The notes beneath the pieces are model-generated. The model saw only the letters and a list, made by a program, of their open reading frames with translations. It did no database searches and was not told where the DNA came from. A DNA stretch of 63,998 nt, counting the filler, from Basidiobolus ranarum (taxonomy: Eukaryota): assembly GCA_040143965.1 (NCBI GenBank). It is 8 parts of 8 records of this genome, joined end to end, with 100 filler letters (N's around TTAATTAATTAA, not from the genome) between each part and the next. Parts side by side here need not be neighbours in the genome. Positions count along the whole stretch, not along the records: positions 48,713 to 56,700 come from JASJQH010001035.1; positions 56,801 to 63,998 come from JASJQH010001164.1; 6 more parts are not named here. One strand, 5' to 3'. The translations under genes were made by a program, and so were the position numbers. Below are positions 48,613-62,800 of this stretch, in pieces. How positions within the stretch are numbered: position 1 is the stretch's first letter; every line of letters begins with the position of its first letter.

Positions 48613-48712
48613 NNNNNNNNNNNNNNNNNNNNNNNNNNNNNNNNNNNNNNNNNNNNTTAATTAATTAANNNNNNNNNNNNNNNNNNNNNNNNNNNNNNNN
48701 NNNNNNNNNNNN
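48613..48712. other. Artificial contig spacer
   Basis: Same linker. Confidence 0.98.
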
Positions 48713-48989
48713 TTAGTTATGATACATATATCAGAAACAGAAAGCAACATATCTATAGCCCCTATATTCTAAATAGGAATATCTCTATATCTATATAACA
48801 AGTATGTCTTATTACCCCCACTTTTCTATTATATCTTATTACACAAACTCCTGAATATCTCAAACAATTGATTTACTTTCCTACTATACAAGTCACCATC
48901 TACTCTTAAGAATAAATTAACTAAAACACACTATCATAAGTTGCTTCTAATACTCAAAGTCTACCCCCCTTATGTCAAGATCCTCCAAC

Positions 48990-49392
48990 AGAAAGGTTCC
49001 ATAAATTTGAGAAGTAGACATTACAAAGAGTGCAAGCTTGGGGCTCATAACCTGCTAAAGCATTTGGGAGCCTGTTGGAGGTTGTTTGGAAAATTAGAGA
49101 AAATGATGGTTTTTACTTATTTAGTAGAAAGTTGATATTTATAATTTTTTCAAGATATAAATAAACTAACATGTAGAATGTGTTACGAAGGGTCTCAGGA
49201 ACATGTGTGCAAAGTCTGGGGCCTCTAGCACAAGTTTGAAAAATCTAAATATCTGAGAACTTCTAAGTTGGTAAATATATTCTAAGTAAATTTCATATGA
49301 GAATAATTGATAATTTCTTAGTGAATTATAAGATAACTAAGCACTAAGCTATATATGACTATATAGGTGCTTAGGCAATGCTAATTTCAACA
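48990..49392 (-). mobile_element. Copia family B LTR (49053-49392), PBS and truncated gag start
   Basis: Reverse complement of the LTR, PBS at 49041-49052 (gggctcataacc), and gag start MSTSQIYGTF matching the family B gag start at ~23073. Confidence 0.88.
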
Positions 49393-49878
49393 TTCTCAAG
49401 GCTAGCATTAGTTGGATCTGCTCTGCTAACATCTCCTGCTTAAGCAGTTCTAAGATTCTGCACTTGACTGTTTCTTTGGTTCAGTAAAGTTCAAGACTTT
49501 TATCTACTTTTCTCTTGAAAACAACACTATATAGGCAATAGGACAATGCTAATTTTAACACAAATAACTTTAATAATTATGATTTTCTACAAATATTTAT
49601 AATTGAGGAAATTAACCTTAGTGTCTTAATTACTTACTTTTATGACAAATAAAGATTATAGCTACCTTGATATTCCTTTCCACTCAACCAGATATCCAAT
49701 ATAAAGCAAACCTGCTAACTGTTCATATATAGAAAAAAGATGCTGCTCTTCAGCCATCAATGCATCAGATACAACTGAGGCTTTTTTTTAAATTTTAAAT
49801 TTTCTGTAAGAAGGAACTTCAGTATATGGATTACATTTAAAATTGATGAAGCCATTAGCAACCGTATCCCCATGTCAT

Positions 49879-52115
49879 TTAATTTCCTGAACTGGAATTT
49901 GGACTTCGGGCAGCATTTTCTGAGTTGAGTTGGTTTGAGGACAAGAACTTGACCTGAAACTTGGAGACGCCATTCAAATAGTACATGTTATCGTAGGTGC
50001 TTGAGTTGAGGCCAATCGGTTCATGATTTCTTTGTGCCCTCAGATATTCAATCTAACCGAGGCACAACTATCATACTGCTTAGTATAGATTCTACAAGCA
50101 TAATAATAATTGTGGAATTAATTTCTGGGTCGTAAACAAACAAATATGTGTATATATACAGCTCATAATACAACTGATATTAACTCGATATTAATAGTTG
50201 CTAAGTACTGAATTCTTGAAGATATAGCATATACAGACCAAAATTTGCATTTTCTACTTCAGTTCAGTATGTTTAGTAAATAATGTGGTGAAGACTGTAA
50301 GGGAATCTCCAATACAACCATTAGATGGTCCAGAAAGAATCCCCAACTTGCCTCACAGTTACTCTAATCCTCGACGACAATCTTGAATCCGTTGGATGAC
50401 GGTACCACAAGTAATAGACGAGGAAACGATGCTGAAGATTACTTCATAAATACCTTGATAATTTATATGATAATTTGGGGAAAATGGGATTGTTTGAATA
50501 TTTATTTCAACACAAGCAAAATAATTATCTCATAAAAAAATTGCACCGATGATTTGCTTCATAATATTGGGCTTTCATTAACATGCGGAAGAGGCAAATA
50601 TAAAATTATGCAGTAGCTAGGAAATGAAGCGGAGTGTCTTAGGATTGTTAAGAATCCCTACAAGATATTTTAGCAGCTCTGCATATACCTTCGCATATGT
50701 AGAAACGTATCAGCCTCAGTGCAAAAGTAGGTTCCTGTAAGTGTACTTGGAATTACCAGGATGAAGATTCTGGATTTATCGTCCATACTAAATGTCATAT
50801 TGCGCCATCAAACGGTTGTCAAAGCGGTTTTATTAAAGTTTAACATTTCGATTAGATTATAACGTTTTCTGTGACACAAGGTGATAACTCTATGAAGCGT
50901 TGTACTAGCTTTCTCTAGTAGAAGTTCTGTGTCACTTGTAGGATTAAATACTCTTAACTAACTGCAGATTTTTCACTTTCGACCTCCATTGATTCCATGT
51001 TACCTGATACTCAAATTTCCTATTCTTCAAAATACGATTGATGTGGTGTTATACTACACTAGAGTCAGCGATGGTACACAACAAACGTCAGTAAATTATT
51101 GACAGAAAGAAGGGCACCCGTAGAGCTAGATCATGGAAGTACTCAATTGGAGGATAAGCCTGCTTCTGTTCCGTAGCAGTATGAATTGTCAGTTGTACAT
51201 AAAGCTTCAGATTTGAGTGAACTGTTGTAACAATTAGAATCCTATCATGGTTAAAATGAGGAGTTCGATCCAACACGAATAATTTACTATTCTATGCAAT
51301 AATTTTTTGATTATAACTTACTCTGTTTTTGGTCAGCTGTTCCTCTCGCATTATGTATATCACAGCAGCTAGGTTGGCGAATAACATTTGTTTATTCTAC
51401 AGAAACCTAACTTCAAGTGGACTCAACGCCATCATAGATAGTGAAATAGCTACTGTAGTAGTCTGGAGAATATGTGACTATTAACTGTGGTGGTGCGAAA
51501 TGTACCCCGGTCAGAGTACTCTTGGTAAATACAAGAATAAAAACTTTAAACTTTTATAGGTTACAAGTGCTAGTAGAGAATGAAGTTAGCCAGTGAGACC
51601 CTCAGTAACATAGTGATAAAATAAAAGTAAACTATGTCGCATTGAGCAGGTGTCGACGATTAATGTGGGGGCTTTGAAGTTGTCGGAACTTTTTATAATT
51701 TTAATATAATTGGGCCTAAAATCCAAATTTTCTAATGACTGCTGAAACAATGGATGCTGATGCTAGATGATCTTGTTTGAATGCAAATCTAAGGAATCAA
51801 GCTCTGCCATTGGCCACCTATGTAAGCTGACTCTGTTCTGACCAATAAATACAAGAGATCAAAGTGATGAGTTTCATTTTTAAAAGGGGCGACTTACCAT
51901 AAAAGCAACAGGACCATATTTTTGTTCATTGTTGAAGTATTTTGTAAACAAACATCTTTTATGTCAAAAAAAAATGGATTTTTTATTTAACTACGAATTC
52001 AGTCTTAGGTTAGCATTGAGAATAGATCTTCAGCAAACAAATCAACTTTAGAAACCAGCTAATTAACACTGAAAGAACCATCAGATGAAATCGACTGAGG
52101 TTTGTGAAAGAGCAT
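49879..52115 (-). pseudogene. Probable decayed multi-exon gene of unknown family
   Basis: Exon-like pieces with splice signals: EQKYGPVAFM|NRVSLHRWPMAELD, QAYPPIEYFHDLALR, KCKFWS|IEYLRAQRNHEPIGLNSSTYDNMYYLNGVSKFQ. Several in-frame TAG/TAA. Model tentative. Confidence 0.4.
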
Positions 52116-52430
52116 TTAACAGTTTAACAAATACTTGTTGCTACCATCCACCGGTTAAATAGAGACGCTCTACAAGTCAGTCTAATGAGCAAGTTATCTT
52201 TGATAATCAAATGGAAGGTAGCATTGTTGGAATCACTGGAGTATTTCACGAGCATCGTTTACATACATTGCATATATAGAGAAAAGTGGAGATCTATATC
52301 TACTCTCACCAAATATACCAGGAAAATATGATAAGGAATCTTTATCCAGTTAAGAATGAATCTTTTATTAATGGATAATTAGTAGCATCTAAACCATTCT
52401 ACCATTATGTCACGTTTCTAACTTTGAGCA

Positions 52431-54248
52431 ATGAATGATAGGCCCTCTGGCCACTATTTCGTCTTCCCCCTTTAGACTTAACAGCTCGCCTAGTCAAGAT
52501 TTGCTGTGGGTTATGACTGGGTAAGTTAGCTGGAGCAATATCTATTGACGAGCCGCATGTGCTTATCACATCTACTTCTACAGAGGTGTTATGGGACAAA
52601 GTGATACATCTGGATATCATTCAACTTCTCCTGCATATTCTAAGAATGAGTTAAATGCCGAAGATAGCAGGAATTGCAACCTTAGTAAATTTGAGACTAT
52701 ACTTTGTAATATTGTAAGTATATTATTACTATACCTTGATTATCTTTGAATCAAGTTTAAAGCATTTTCACTTGTAGGATGATTTCGAACAGTGCGTGGA
52801 AAAACCATTACATGACCTTCCAGAGAACACTTTAAGGAGTTTGCTACATATGAGTCAAATAGTCCCTACCGCACTACTTAGCGAAGCATCCTCTGACAAG
52901 ATGGATTGCTGTAGCTTTCTTTCCAGTGACCGTAAAGGATTTTATTATTTGATATATATCTTCAAGCTCGAATAACCAATGCTCTCAATTAGATAACACT
53001 AAACCTCGCGTTTCTCGAGTCGAAACTAGTCATGAGGTTAGTAGAAATACAAATTACATGCATACTTATTGGATTTAACATGTACAAATGAAGAGCTCTC
53101 ACCACCCAGCAGACCTTTCTGGATATTTTAACTGGGGTCCAGATCCAAAAGCACTGTCTACAGGCAGCAAGTACTTGGTTCCCTCCTTAACCTCTGCAGA
53201 ATCCTGTTGGTGTTATTTATTTTGAAATAGAACATAGATGAGAATGTGTTTGTTGATATTGAAAATATCTTGAACAAATAGATCACACAATGCCAGACAA
53301 CTTCCAAGATGATCCATTTGAGACCTCCTTCTTAAAATTCACCGGGGATAACATCGACTTACAGGAAGGAAAACCCTTGGTGACAATCTCTGGCAACATT
53401 GAAGAGAAGGATTGTTCTAGTACACCTGAGAGCTTGGAGTGCTTTCCAAGAAGCTATGTCATTGAAAATGACACACTAAACGTTGACTTTGAATTGTCAA
53501 GTATTGACGCAATGAATATCAAGAACGCTCTGACTAACTGCCAGTTGAAAGACACTCGATACATGGAAAAGAATTCAACTACTGAGGCAACAGACAACAA
53601 TGATTTAGTACCAAGATCAAATAGTAAGTTTTAGATTAGAGGATATATTGACTGAAAATAAAAGTAACCTCTCTTAATATGATAGATTTAGAGGATTACC
53701 TCTATATTGATGAGGTCGAGGAATGGAAGCCAAATCCACCTCGATTCAGAAACGATATGTATACTCCGAGATGGATTCGTGGCTGTGGCAAGAACAAGGT
53801 TGGTCTGTGCCCTATTTGTGAGCAGCATGGACAATTGAATTGCTTTAAACTTAAGATTAGCGCTTACTGGTATGAAACTCACATTAATGGATTTTGCATA
53901 TTAGACTCGAGGCTCATGCACTTTATTATCTCCAGGTATCATATGAATTTCTTCCATGGAATATCATCCGTCAACGGAAGGCCTTTCGCTAGTCCAGTAG
54001 AGTATCGGATGATTTCAGACAAACGAGGGAAAGTTCGGAATAAGAGTGCATCATCAAAGATCGACCGGCCTTCCAGAATGGTCCAACAAGGCCAGTGCCA
54101 TATTTGCGAAAAATGGATCTACCTAGAGAGTCCAAAAGATCTTGAGGTTAACGTTCCTGAGATTTATTGGTGGAAACACGCGCAAAAATGTCATAAAATA
54201 GGGTTTGTGGAAAATACCGAGCTTGATCCACCAGCTCTATTAAGTTAA
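52431..54248 (+). CDS. Rua1 C-terminal (DUF4451)/Meu26-like transcription regulator, multi-exon; 5' exons approximate
   Basis: PRFRNDMYTPRWIRGCG..KVGLCPIC...FKLKISAYW|YHMNFFHGISSVNGRPFASP...QGQCHICEKW...YWWKHAQKCH. Confidence 0.8.
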
Positions 54249-54437
54249 GGATTTTCATTGCTTAGTAAGATTCGGGATCCTCAGTAGAAACCCGTATGAG
54301 AGTTTTAAATTATTTCCAAATGTTTTAAGCTTGAAACAAATATCCAATGTAAAGCTTTATTAAACTGCACTTTGGAAGTCACTTCAACCAAGACAGTCAC
54401 AGTTCTATTCAATTATTCTATTCAAGTCTACTTGGCC

Positions 54438-56545
54438 TCAAGCAACCTCATACCAGTTTAAGGTTTTCCCAGCGGCAACCCATAAACCTCGCTGAGAAAT
54501 ATGGTGATTCACACCGTATTTGCCGTTGTTACCTGATTCAATGCTGCGAATTGTTTGCGTATCATTTGCGTCACACCATCTTATACCGGTGACTTCTCCT
54601 TCTAATTGGCCAATAGGCTGTCGCAAGGTTTGACCGGAATAAATATCCCAGAATCGAAGGATACGATCTTGGCCAGCTATTATAAAGAAATCAGATCATT
54701 GACTTGAATATATCTTGAAACACTCCCATGACATACCAATAACCAGCTGAGTTTCTTGAGAGTTGATAGAGAAGCCAAGCTTTCGAGTGTGTTCATTAAC
54801 ATGTCCATGATACTCCAGTACCGGAGAAACCAGCGCTTCTTGTTTTCGTCTTTTTCGTGGTGGATGGTTTTGAGAGGAATTTAGAAGAGGGGCGGATTGC
54901 TTACGAAGATCCCACAAAAATACCTGATACAAACCCCTTGATAAATATGACGAACTTACAAAGTATAGTGAGATCTATGCTTACAGTTCCATCCATGGCA
55001 CTGGATATTAGCCCCCAAGCTCCAACTCGACCTAGCTGGCTTACAGCCGAGCGATGCTTATACCCTAAAGCGTTTTCGGGGCGGCCACGGAGATCTAGTA
55101 AGGAGATTTTACCGTTGCGACACCCTGCGTAATAGATATTGTCCTGAAAAAACCCGGGTTACTCTCAAAGTGAAAATAGATATGCGTAAAGATAGGATGA
55201 TTACTTGGTCAGGCTCTGCTACTATGGTAAATGCATCACTGTGAGTGGGAATACGTCTTGTATGAATATTTTCTCTATTTGGGTCAATCACAAGCAAACC
55301 GTCCGAGGTACCTGTTATACCGGTAACATGGTTAATACAACGTCATTAAGATGGATTGAATATGTACTTACCGAAGGCAATATGTTTCGACCCATGGACG
55401 ACCGATGCCCATATTGTAGTATTTTCCATGTGTGAAGAATGAACTAAGATAACTTAGAGAAGGTTTCAATCCACATATCTTATCATTAACTAACCCATTG
55501 AAACGCGATCCTTAAAAATCCGACCCAGCGACCAGTGGTTAAAGGAAGTACAGCTAATATAGAGAGTTAATTGGAATACATGAACGTATTTATTATGCCA
55601 TCACTTACACAACAGTCTCATTCCCTCCTATACTGATGGATGTTATCTGGGTAGGATGTCGCGTATAAGTGAGCCACTCTTGATTGAATGAGCCATCTGT
55701 GTTATGTTGGTAATTCAAAAGGCTAGAGAGAGTGCGAGTTTAGAATCAAATCATACCTCAAATATTAGAAAGGTAAACACTATTTACCGAACATGGCCAT
55801 CCATTTGTCCAAATATTATCTGTGTACGATGAGGAAGTATCTTATTTATAATAGGAGTAAGTAACACTAGAGCGACAATACACTTGGAATAACATGGAAA
55901 ACTCACCTGAAAATCTGTAATATCAGTCGCGCTCGGTACTTTGAGTACGGTATTTCGATTTAGAGAACGGCAGAAAAATTTTTCGGCATCCCTTCGAAAA
56001 TAGCTTATTAGCCTTTGCTCAAAATATTTGCAAAAAAAAGCTCAATTATAAACTAACCTCCATAAAGATACACCGGCTCTTGTAGAATGTATTTCTCGAT
56101 CTCTTAAATAACTCAAGTGAGCCTTTCTTGCAGTTTTTTTACTGGCATTTTCACATTCTATTTTGTTCCTCTCTACCACTTCTTTTTGCTTTTGTTTTTG
56201 TACCAAGTTATCTTGCCTATATGGGTGATTTATGGGGGCACTTCGGTTTGGGAGGATTTTGAAATATCGTTTACGCTCTGAATCATAGTAGAATCCAGGG
56301 AGTTCTGGCATGACGGGAGCATTCGGCTTATTGGGCTCTGTTTCTGTAGAAGTGTGCGAACTTTGTGTAGCAGAAGTTTGACCAAGATCACCAGTATTGT
56401 TATGTTTGGTACTTTTAGATTTTCCTTTTCCAGATCGACCTTTAGTTTGGCTGTTATTATTACAGGTTTGTGAAAGCTCCACATTAGAAGTGGTTTTTTT
56501 TCGGTCTTTTTTGTTTTTATTATAGTTACTGCGTTCTTGTCTCAT
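54438..56545 (-). CDS. DCAF4: DDB1- and CUL4-associated factor 4 (WDR21)-like WD40 protein, multi-exon
   Basis: PELPGFYYDSERKRYFKILP N-terminal motif. WD repeats LWDLR, YHGHVNEHT and AGQDRILRFWDI. Several GT-AG introns. Confidence 0.8.
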
Positions 56546-56700
56546 TTCAATCGAATATCGGTGTACTCAAGTCAATATGTACAAGTATATTTAGCCCAGA
56601 CGGAAGTTTATTATGTTAGCAAAAATAGGACTATTCTAACTAAAAAAAAAGGACTTGTACATATATCGAAAATTTGAGTCTTTAAGGAATATAGTGATAG

Positions 56701-56800
56701 NNNNNNNNNNNNNNNNNNNNNNNNNNNNNNNNNNNNNNNNNNNNTTAATTAATTAANNNNNNNNNNNNNNNNNNNNNNNNNNNNNNNNNNNNNNNNNNNN
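56701..56800. other. Artificial contig spacer
   Basis: Same linker. Confidence 0.98.
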
Positions 56801-59800
56801 TTCGTTCGGGTGGGTTGTTCGGATCCAGTGGAACATATGCTCCACCAGCCTTGAGAACAGCCAACATCGCCACTATCATGAAGACTGACTTATCGAGACA
56901 GAGGGGAACCACTGACTCTGGACGGACGCCAAGATGGATCAAATGATGAGCCAGTTGGTTGGCCCTTCGGTTAAGGTCACAGTAGGTGACATACTCTGAT
57001 GTCTCGAACTGCACCGCTATGTTCTCCGGATGAAGTTTGACCTGATCTTCGAATGTATGATGGATACATATGCCTTCTACTTCTGTGTTGGTTACGCTTG
57101 AGTAGTTATTTTTGGGCATGTAGGTATTGCTCAAAGCGATTCCCAAATGCTCGAGTTTTTTATCGACTGTTGTACTCACCAATTCTTCGAATATAGCTTT
57201 GAAGTCTCTAGCAATAAGCTCAGCATGGAGTGTGGAAGTTAATTTTTTGGTAGCTACCACATTGTAGGACAACTCATGAGTATTTGCTTCTACACTTAGT
57301 CCTAATGGGTACTATAGGTAAATTAATAAAAAGTTAAAATGAGTATTTCCATTACTAATTCTGAAAAGATGTAAGAATTTTTTCATAAGATTAGACATAT
57401 AAAGTACCTCTATTATTTCATCACCTTCCAGTTGCTTAAACGACAATTGTCTAACACCACTATTCTTCGAATTCTCCAGTGATTCTTTAATTTGTGGAAT
57501 AGATACGTTTTTATAATCAATGAGAGTATCAAAGAGAGGAGACATTCCAGCCCAGCTTTGTATATCCCTTAAACTACTTTGTTGGTAAGAGAGAGATGCG
57601 GTGTAGCCAGTATGAACTATATGTAACCATTCACAAACAGTCATTTGGCCTTCGTAACGAATACGGCATGGAAGTGTATTTATACAAGGCCCAATCATAG
57701 ATGAAACACCCTCCAGATCACTGTTTCTTCCATTGACCATATAGCCAAATACAACATCTTCACTTTGGGTATAGATCTTTAAAAGCAAGGCCCATGTTGC
57801 CTTGATCAGAGTGAAAATTGTGACCTTGGAGTGTTGAGCGAATTGGACGATGTTGTGAATTGGAATGTCTATGGTGCCAGGGATACGGATCATTTCGGCT
57901 TCTGATTCCTCAGAAACCCCGAGTTTAGGAAATGGCATTGTGCTAAGCTGGGAGAATCTACTTTGCCAGAATGCTTTTTCTTCGGCAACGTAGGTCGGTT
58001 TACGGTTGCACAGACTAGCGACAAAGTCCCTGAATGGGTAGGTCTTTGGGCGAGGTTGCTGATGATAAACGGCGTACACATCTTCCAAGACTAGGCTCCA
58101 CGATGATGCATCAAGAATACCGTGATGCCAACTGATAATAAGCATTCGCTTGTTCGTGTCTGTCTCCATTAAAGCGAATCTCATGTTGGGTTGGCCCAAA
58201 TCAAAGCTATTTGCTTTATCAGCAGTTAGGTATTCGGAAACAGTCTTATCGAACGAGTTCTCGGGGCAGACAATATGTGTCCATTGGGGTGTATAACTTT
58301 CGATAGTTACTTGGAAAAATGTAATGAAGCTCATTTCTATAGTGGAATTTTGAACAAATACTGTTCGCAGCATAGGATGGTCTTCAATAACAGTAAGCCA
58401 AGCACACTGGAATTTTTTGTAGTCAAAATCGCCAGCTAGAGCAAACATATGTTGCACATGGTAGAAGTCCGCCGACTTGAGCATACCAACAATAAGGCCT
58501 TCTTGTAAGTGGGTACAAGGAAGAATATCTTCGATGAAGTTAGAGTCTACACCAGCTTCTGGAAGGATCTCTTTGTAGAGTAGGTCAAACTCTGACTCCG
58601 ACAATTTGAGCAGAGGAAAGTCACTTCGGGTTCGCTCAACAATATCCAGTTGCGCACAATTATTAATCATTGCGGTAAGAGTCTCTTTCCATCCATGAAG
58701 CCACTGAGCCACTATGTCCTCCGAATGCAAAGCGGTACTAAAGGTGATTTCGGCTTGGAAGCAATTTTGGTTTACGCTAGCAGATATATCAAATACATGA
58801 TTCCGTCTCCATTCAGTGCTCGCTTCGCCAAGATCAAAGTCAAATGGAGCTTCCACAGACTGCAGGAAAGAGTTTTCGTTCTCAAGTTGTTGGAACCGGC
58901 CGAGATAATTAAAAGAAATCTGAATTACATCCTGATTGAATGGATTTTCCGACCTTCTACTCAGATGGCGAAGAAGCCCATAGACAATTCCGTTATCTGG
59001 AGTTAGCTTCCTGAGATCTTTCACACGCTTCAAAACAGAGAGAGGATCATTTGCCCCTTCAACCTCAACCAAAAACGGATAGATTGTAGTGAACCATCCA
59101 ACAGTTCGGGAAATATCAATCCCTTCTTTCCAAGCTTCTCGGCCGTGACCCTCCATGCCAATGGTCATATTGCTCAAATTGAATACTGAACAATAGGCGA
59201 TTGCAAGTGATGAGATCATGAAATCCGTAGCCTCTGTCTGGAAGGGAGAGTTGGACTTGCCAAAAAGTTGCTCGGTCTCATAGGAAGTCAGAGCGAATGA
59301 AAGAGATTTCGCAGTGCTTATCGTGTTCTTCGCCAAGAGAGCCATATCGTCAATGATAGGTCTTGTCGCTTGTTGTGGCCACATGTTCATGTCCAGCTCT
59401 TGAGCATGCTCATCTAGCAACGAACTCCATTGCATGAAGGCCATTGATTTGTATCCGCATTCCTTCCCTTGCAGCAGTTGCTCCAAGTCTTCCCAAATGA
59501 TTCTCCATGACACTAAATCGATGATATAGTGATGTACCGTCATGAAAATCAACTGTTGGCCGTCACACAGGTCGTACAGCGAGAACTGGAAGAGAGGTCC
59601 AGTGAGGATATTGAGGCTTTGCTGAAGTTGGTGAACGTGATCTTTGAGCTCGCTGATGGACTCCACGCTATGTTGATGCACCTCAAATGCTACTCTATCT
59701 ATCGGTAAAACCCTAAGTTGCCACTGATTTTCAGAATAGAAAAAGCGACCACGAAGCAACTCATGTTGCTGTATAAGAGCGGCGATGGCTCCGGTTAGAG

Positions 59801-62800
59801 AATCACTTGTTGTGGGATCTCGTAGTTTCAGAAGCCAAGATTGATTGAAGTGATGCATGTTCACTTGTGGAGTTTCTAAAAAGTACCGCTGTATTGGAGT
59901 GAGTAAAATATCCCCTTCGTTAATTTGTACTAATTCCAAACAAGTGATATCTGTAGAATTGGCCACCAACGCTTGCGTTCGAATGGTAGGATTCTGCATG
60001 ATTTGCTTCACTGAGAGAGATACTCCATTTTGTCTGCTTAATGATGATACTCGAATGGCTGAGATTGAGTCTCCACCAAGCTGATAGAATGAATCATCGA
60101 TGCTAATCTTGGCGGCAGGGATGTTAAGAGTATCAGACCAGATGTTTTGTATGACTTTCTCCATTGGTGTGGAGGGTGAGGTGTTCACTTCATTCGTATT
60201 GTTCGATAAACCTATGACTTCTTCAAAGTTCAATGATGCGAAGAAGTTTGCTAGCTTATTGCGGTCAACTTTTCCGCTGGTGTTGATTGGCATTCTGTTA
60301 AGCGGAAGCCATACATTCGGTATCATGTATGATGGAAGACGCTTCCTCACGAGAGTCTTCAAATCCTCAATGCATGATCCGGCCTCAGCCATCTGGGAGG
60401 CAGAGAGCAAGTCCAAAGTAAGACAGTTGTCATTTACCTCACAGCAGGTCAAAAATGCCACCAATGACTTGCGATTTGTCGCTTGATCAGTGACTAAGGG
60501 AAGTACACAAGCCCTGGTTACTTGTGAGTGATCATAGAGTGCATGCTCTATCTCGTCTAACTCGATTCGTAAACCATGAAGTTTGATTTGATTGTCCTTT
60601 CTGCCAATCAATTCCACCGATCCATCAGCATTGAAACGAGCAAGATCACCAGTCCGGTACAACCGCTCTTCAGCAATAGAAGGACTATCCACGAAGGCTT
60701 TGGCTGTAAGATCAGGACGATTGAGGTATCCACGAGCGAGCTGAGGACCTGCAACACACAATTCACCCACTACTCCTAATGGCACGGGATGCATATCGAC
60801 ATCGGTAATATATATCCTGTTACTTCCTATGGGTTTCCCAACATTACTGCATGCCATATTATCATCTAGCTGAGTGTTAGCCAAGAATGCAACCGCAGCT
60901 TCTGTAGGTCCGTAGGCATTACTAATTTCAACATATGGTGACCATATGTTACGGGCAGTTGTCGTGATCATTTCTCCTCCGAGAATCAATCTTTTCACAC
61001 TTGGTACTTTCCGTGGATTGATATATGTGGCAATGGTTGGAGTCAACATTAAAGAGGTTACATTCATGGTACGGATGCATCCCTCCAAATCAGATAGTAG
61101 GCTTTCCTTCGGAGCAAGTGCCACGCAGACGCCGACTGCAAGCGAACAAAATATTTCGATCACAGAGGCATCAAATGTATAATTTGCGAATTGCAATACT
61201 GAATCATGTGTGGAGAGATCCCACACGTCGCGTAGTGCGTGAATGAAGTGAACCGCGGGAGAATGCTCCATCATGACACCTTTAGGAGTGCCGGTAGATC
61301 CAGATGTATACAACACGTAGCACAGGTTAGAAGCAGTAAGTTCACTTACTCGAGGATTTTCAGTTGAATTTTGACTGACCGCCTCAGCATGACTATCGAG
61401 TAGGACCACTGATTGAGTGTCAAAGTTGTGCTTGTATTGATCGATTGTCAACACCACCTGAGCCTTTGTCTCGTTGAGTATGAAGAGATTTCGTTCGGGT
61501 GGGTTGTTCGGATCCAGTGGAACATATGCTCCACCAGCCTTGAGAACAGCCAACATCGCCACTATCATGAAGACTGACTTATCGAGACAGAGGGGAACCA
61601 TTGACTCGGGACGGACGCCAAGATGGATCAAATGATGAGCCAGTTGGTTGGCCCTTCGGTTAAGGTCACAGTAGGTGACATACTCCGATGTCTCGAACTG
61701 TACCGCTATATTCTCCGGATGAAGCAACGCTGTCTGTTCAAACATAGAGTGTATGCAGGTAGGTTCCATTGGTACGTTATCAATACCACTCCAACTTTGT
61801 ATTAATGAAGCCTCCTGAGAGGACATGACACTAACGTCTTTGACTAATGCATGGATATTACGTAGAATCTCTGTCATTGCGACCTTGAAATGATTTAAAG
61901 TCCAACATGCTTCATCTTTGGTGACTATCTTGGCGTCGTACGTCAAAGTTAGCTGATGGTCGGTGGCACTTGAGCTCAATTCCACCACGATTGGATAGTC
62001 CACGGGCATGGTTGTATTTACCTCCTCTAGTCCGATCGAGCCGAAGCTGTTAGCAGAGTCAACCTGTGTAAGATTCTGAATCACAAGTAGAGAATCGAAC
62101 AGTGAATGTGCATCTTCGTTGCAACAGTGCTTGGAGATTTCCTGCAAGCCAATAGATTGGTGTTGGTATTGCTCCATCTGAGCCAGATGAATTACCTTCA
62201 ACGAATCCAAGAGTGACAAATCATCACTCAGAGTAACTCGCGTCGGTATGGTATTGATGCAAGGACCACAGATATTGTGAATGTTCTTTAGCGGGATGTT
62301 TCTTCCAGAGTTCACAATACCGAATAGAACATCTGAGTTTCCAGTATGAGATTTCAATACCATGGCCCAAGCAAGATTTGCTATAGTGGCAATGGTGAAA
62401 TCGTGTGCACCAGTCAATGCGCTGAAATCCGCTTGGAATTTCTCAATGACTGTTGCTGATATTTGAATCTCTCCAGGTATGGAAACAGTTCGAGCCAGAT
62501 GTGTCGGATTTGCATCACCAAGATTGGTTTTCCAATAATCCAGTGACTTGTTTTTGTCTAGCGACCTTATGTAATCGATGTACAAATTGTATGAAGGCCT
62601 GGTGGCGAGTGCCTGATTCTGATAAGCCACGAGCAAATCGTCTACGATATGACCGATGGACCAGCCGTCATACAGTGAATGGTGAATGGTCCAAATAAAG
62701 TAGGCAGCAGAGCCACAAATAGTCAGTAGAGTGAACCGGGTAAGTGGTCCTCCAGCAACGATTCCCCTAGATTGGTCCTGTTCCAAGGCCTGTTGAAGTT

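Noticed and set aside
49879-52115. Stop-codon reassignment to explain in-frame TAGs
   Set aside because: TAG terminates intact genes in this window (PHO84, GGT, DSP, SWA2-like), so decay is more parsimonious.
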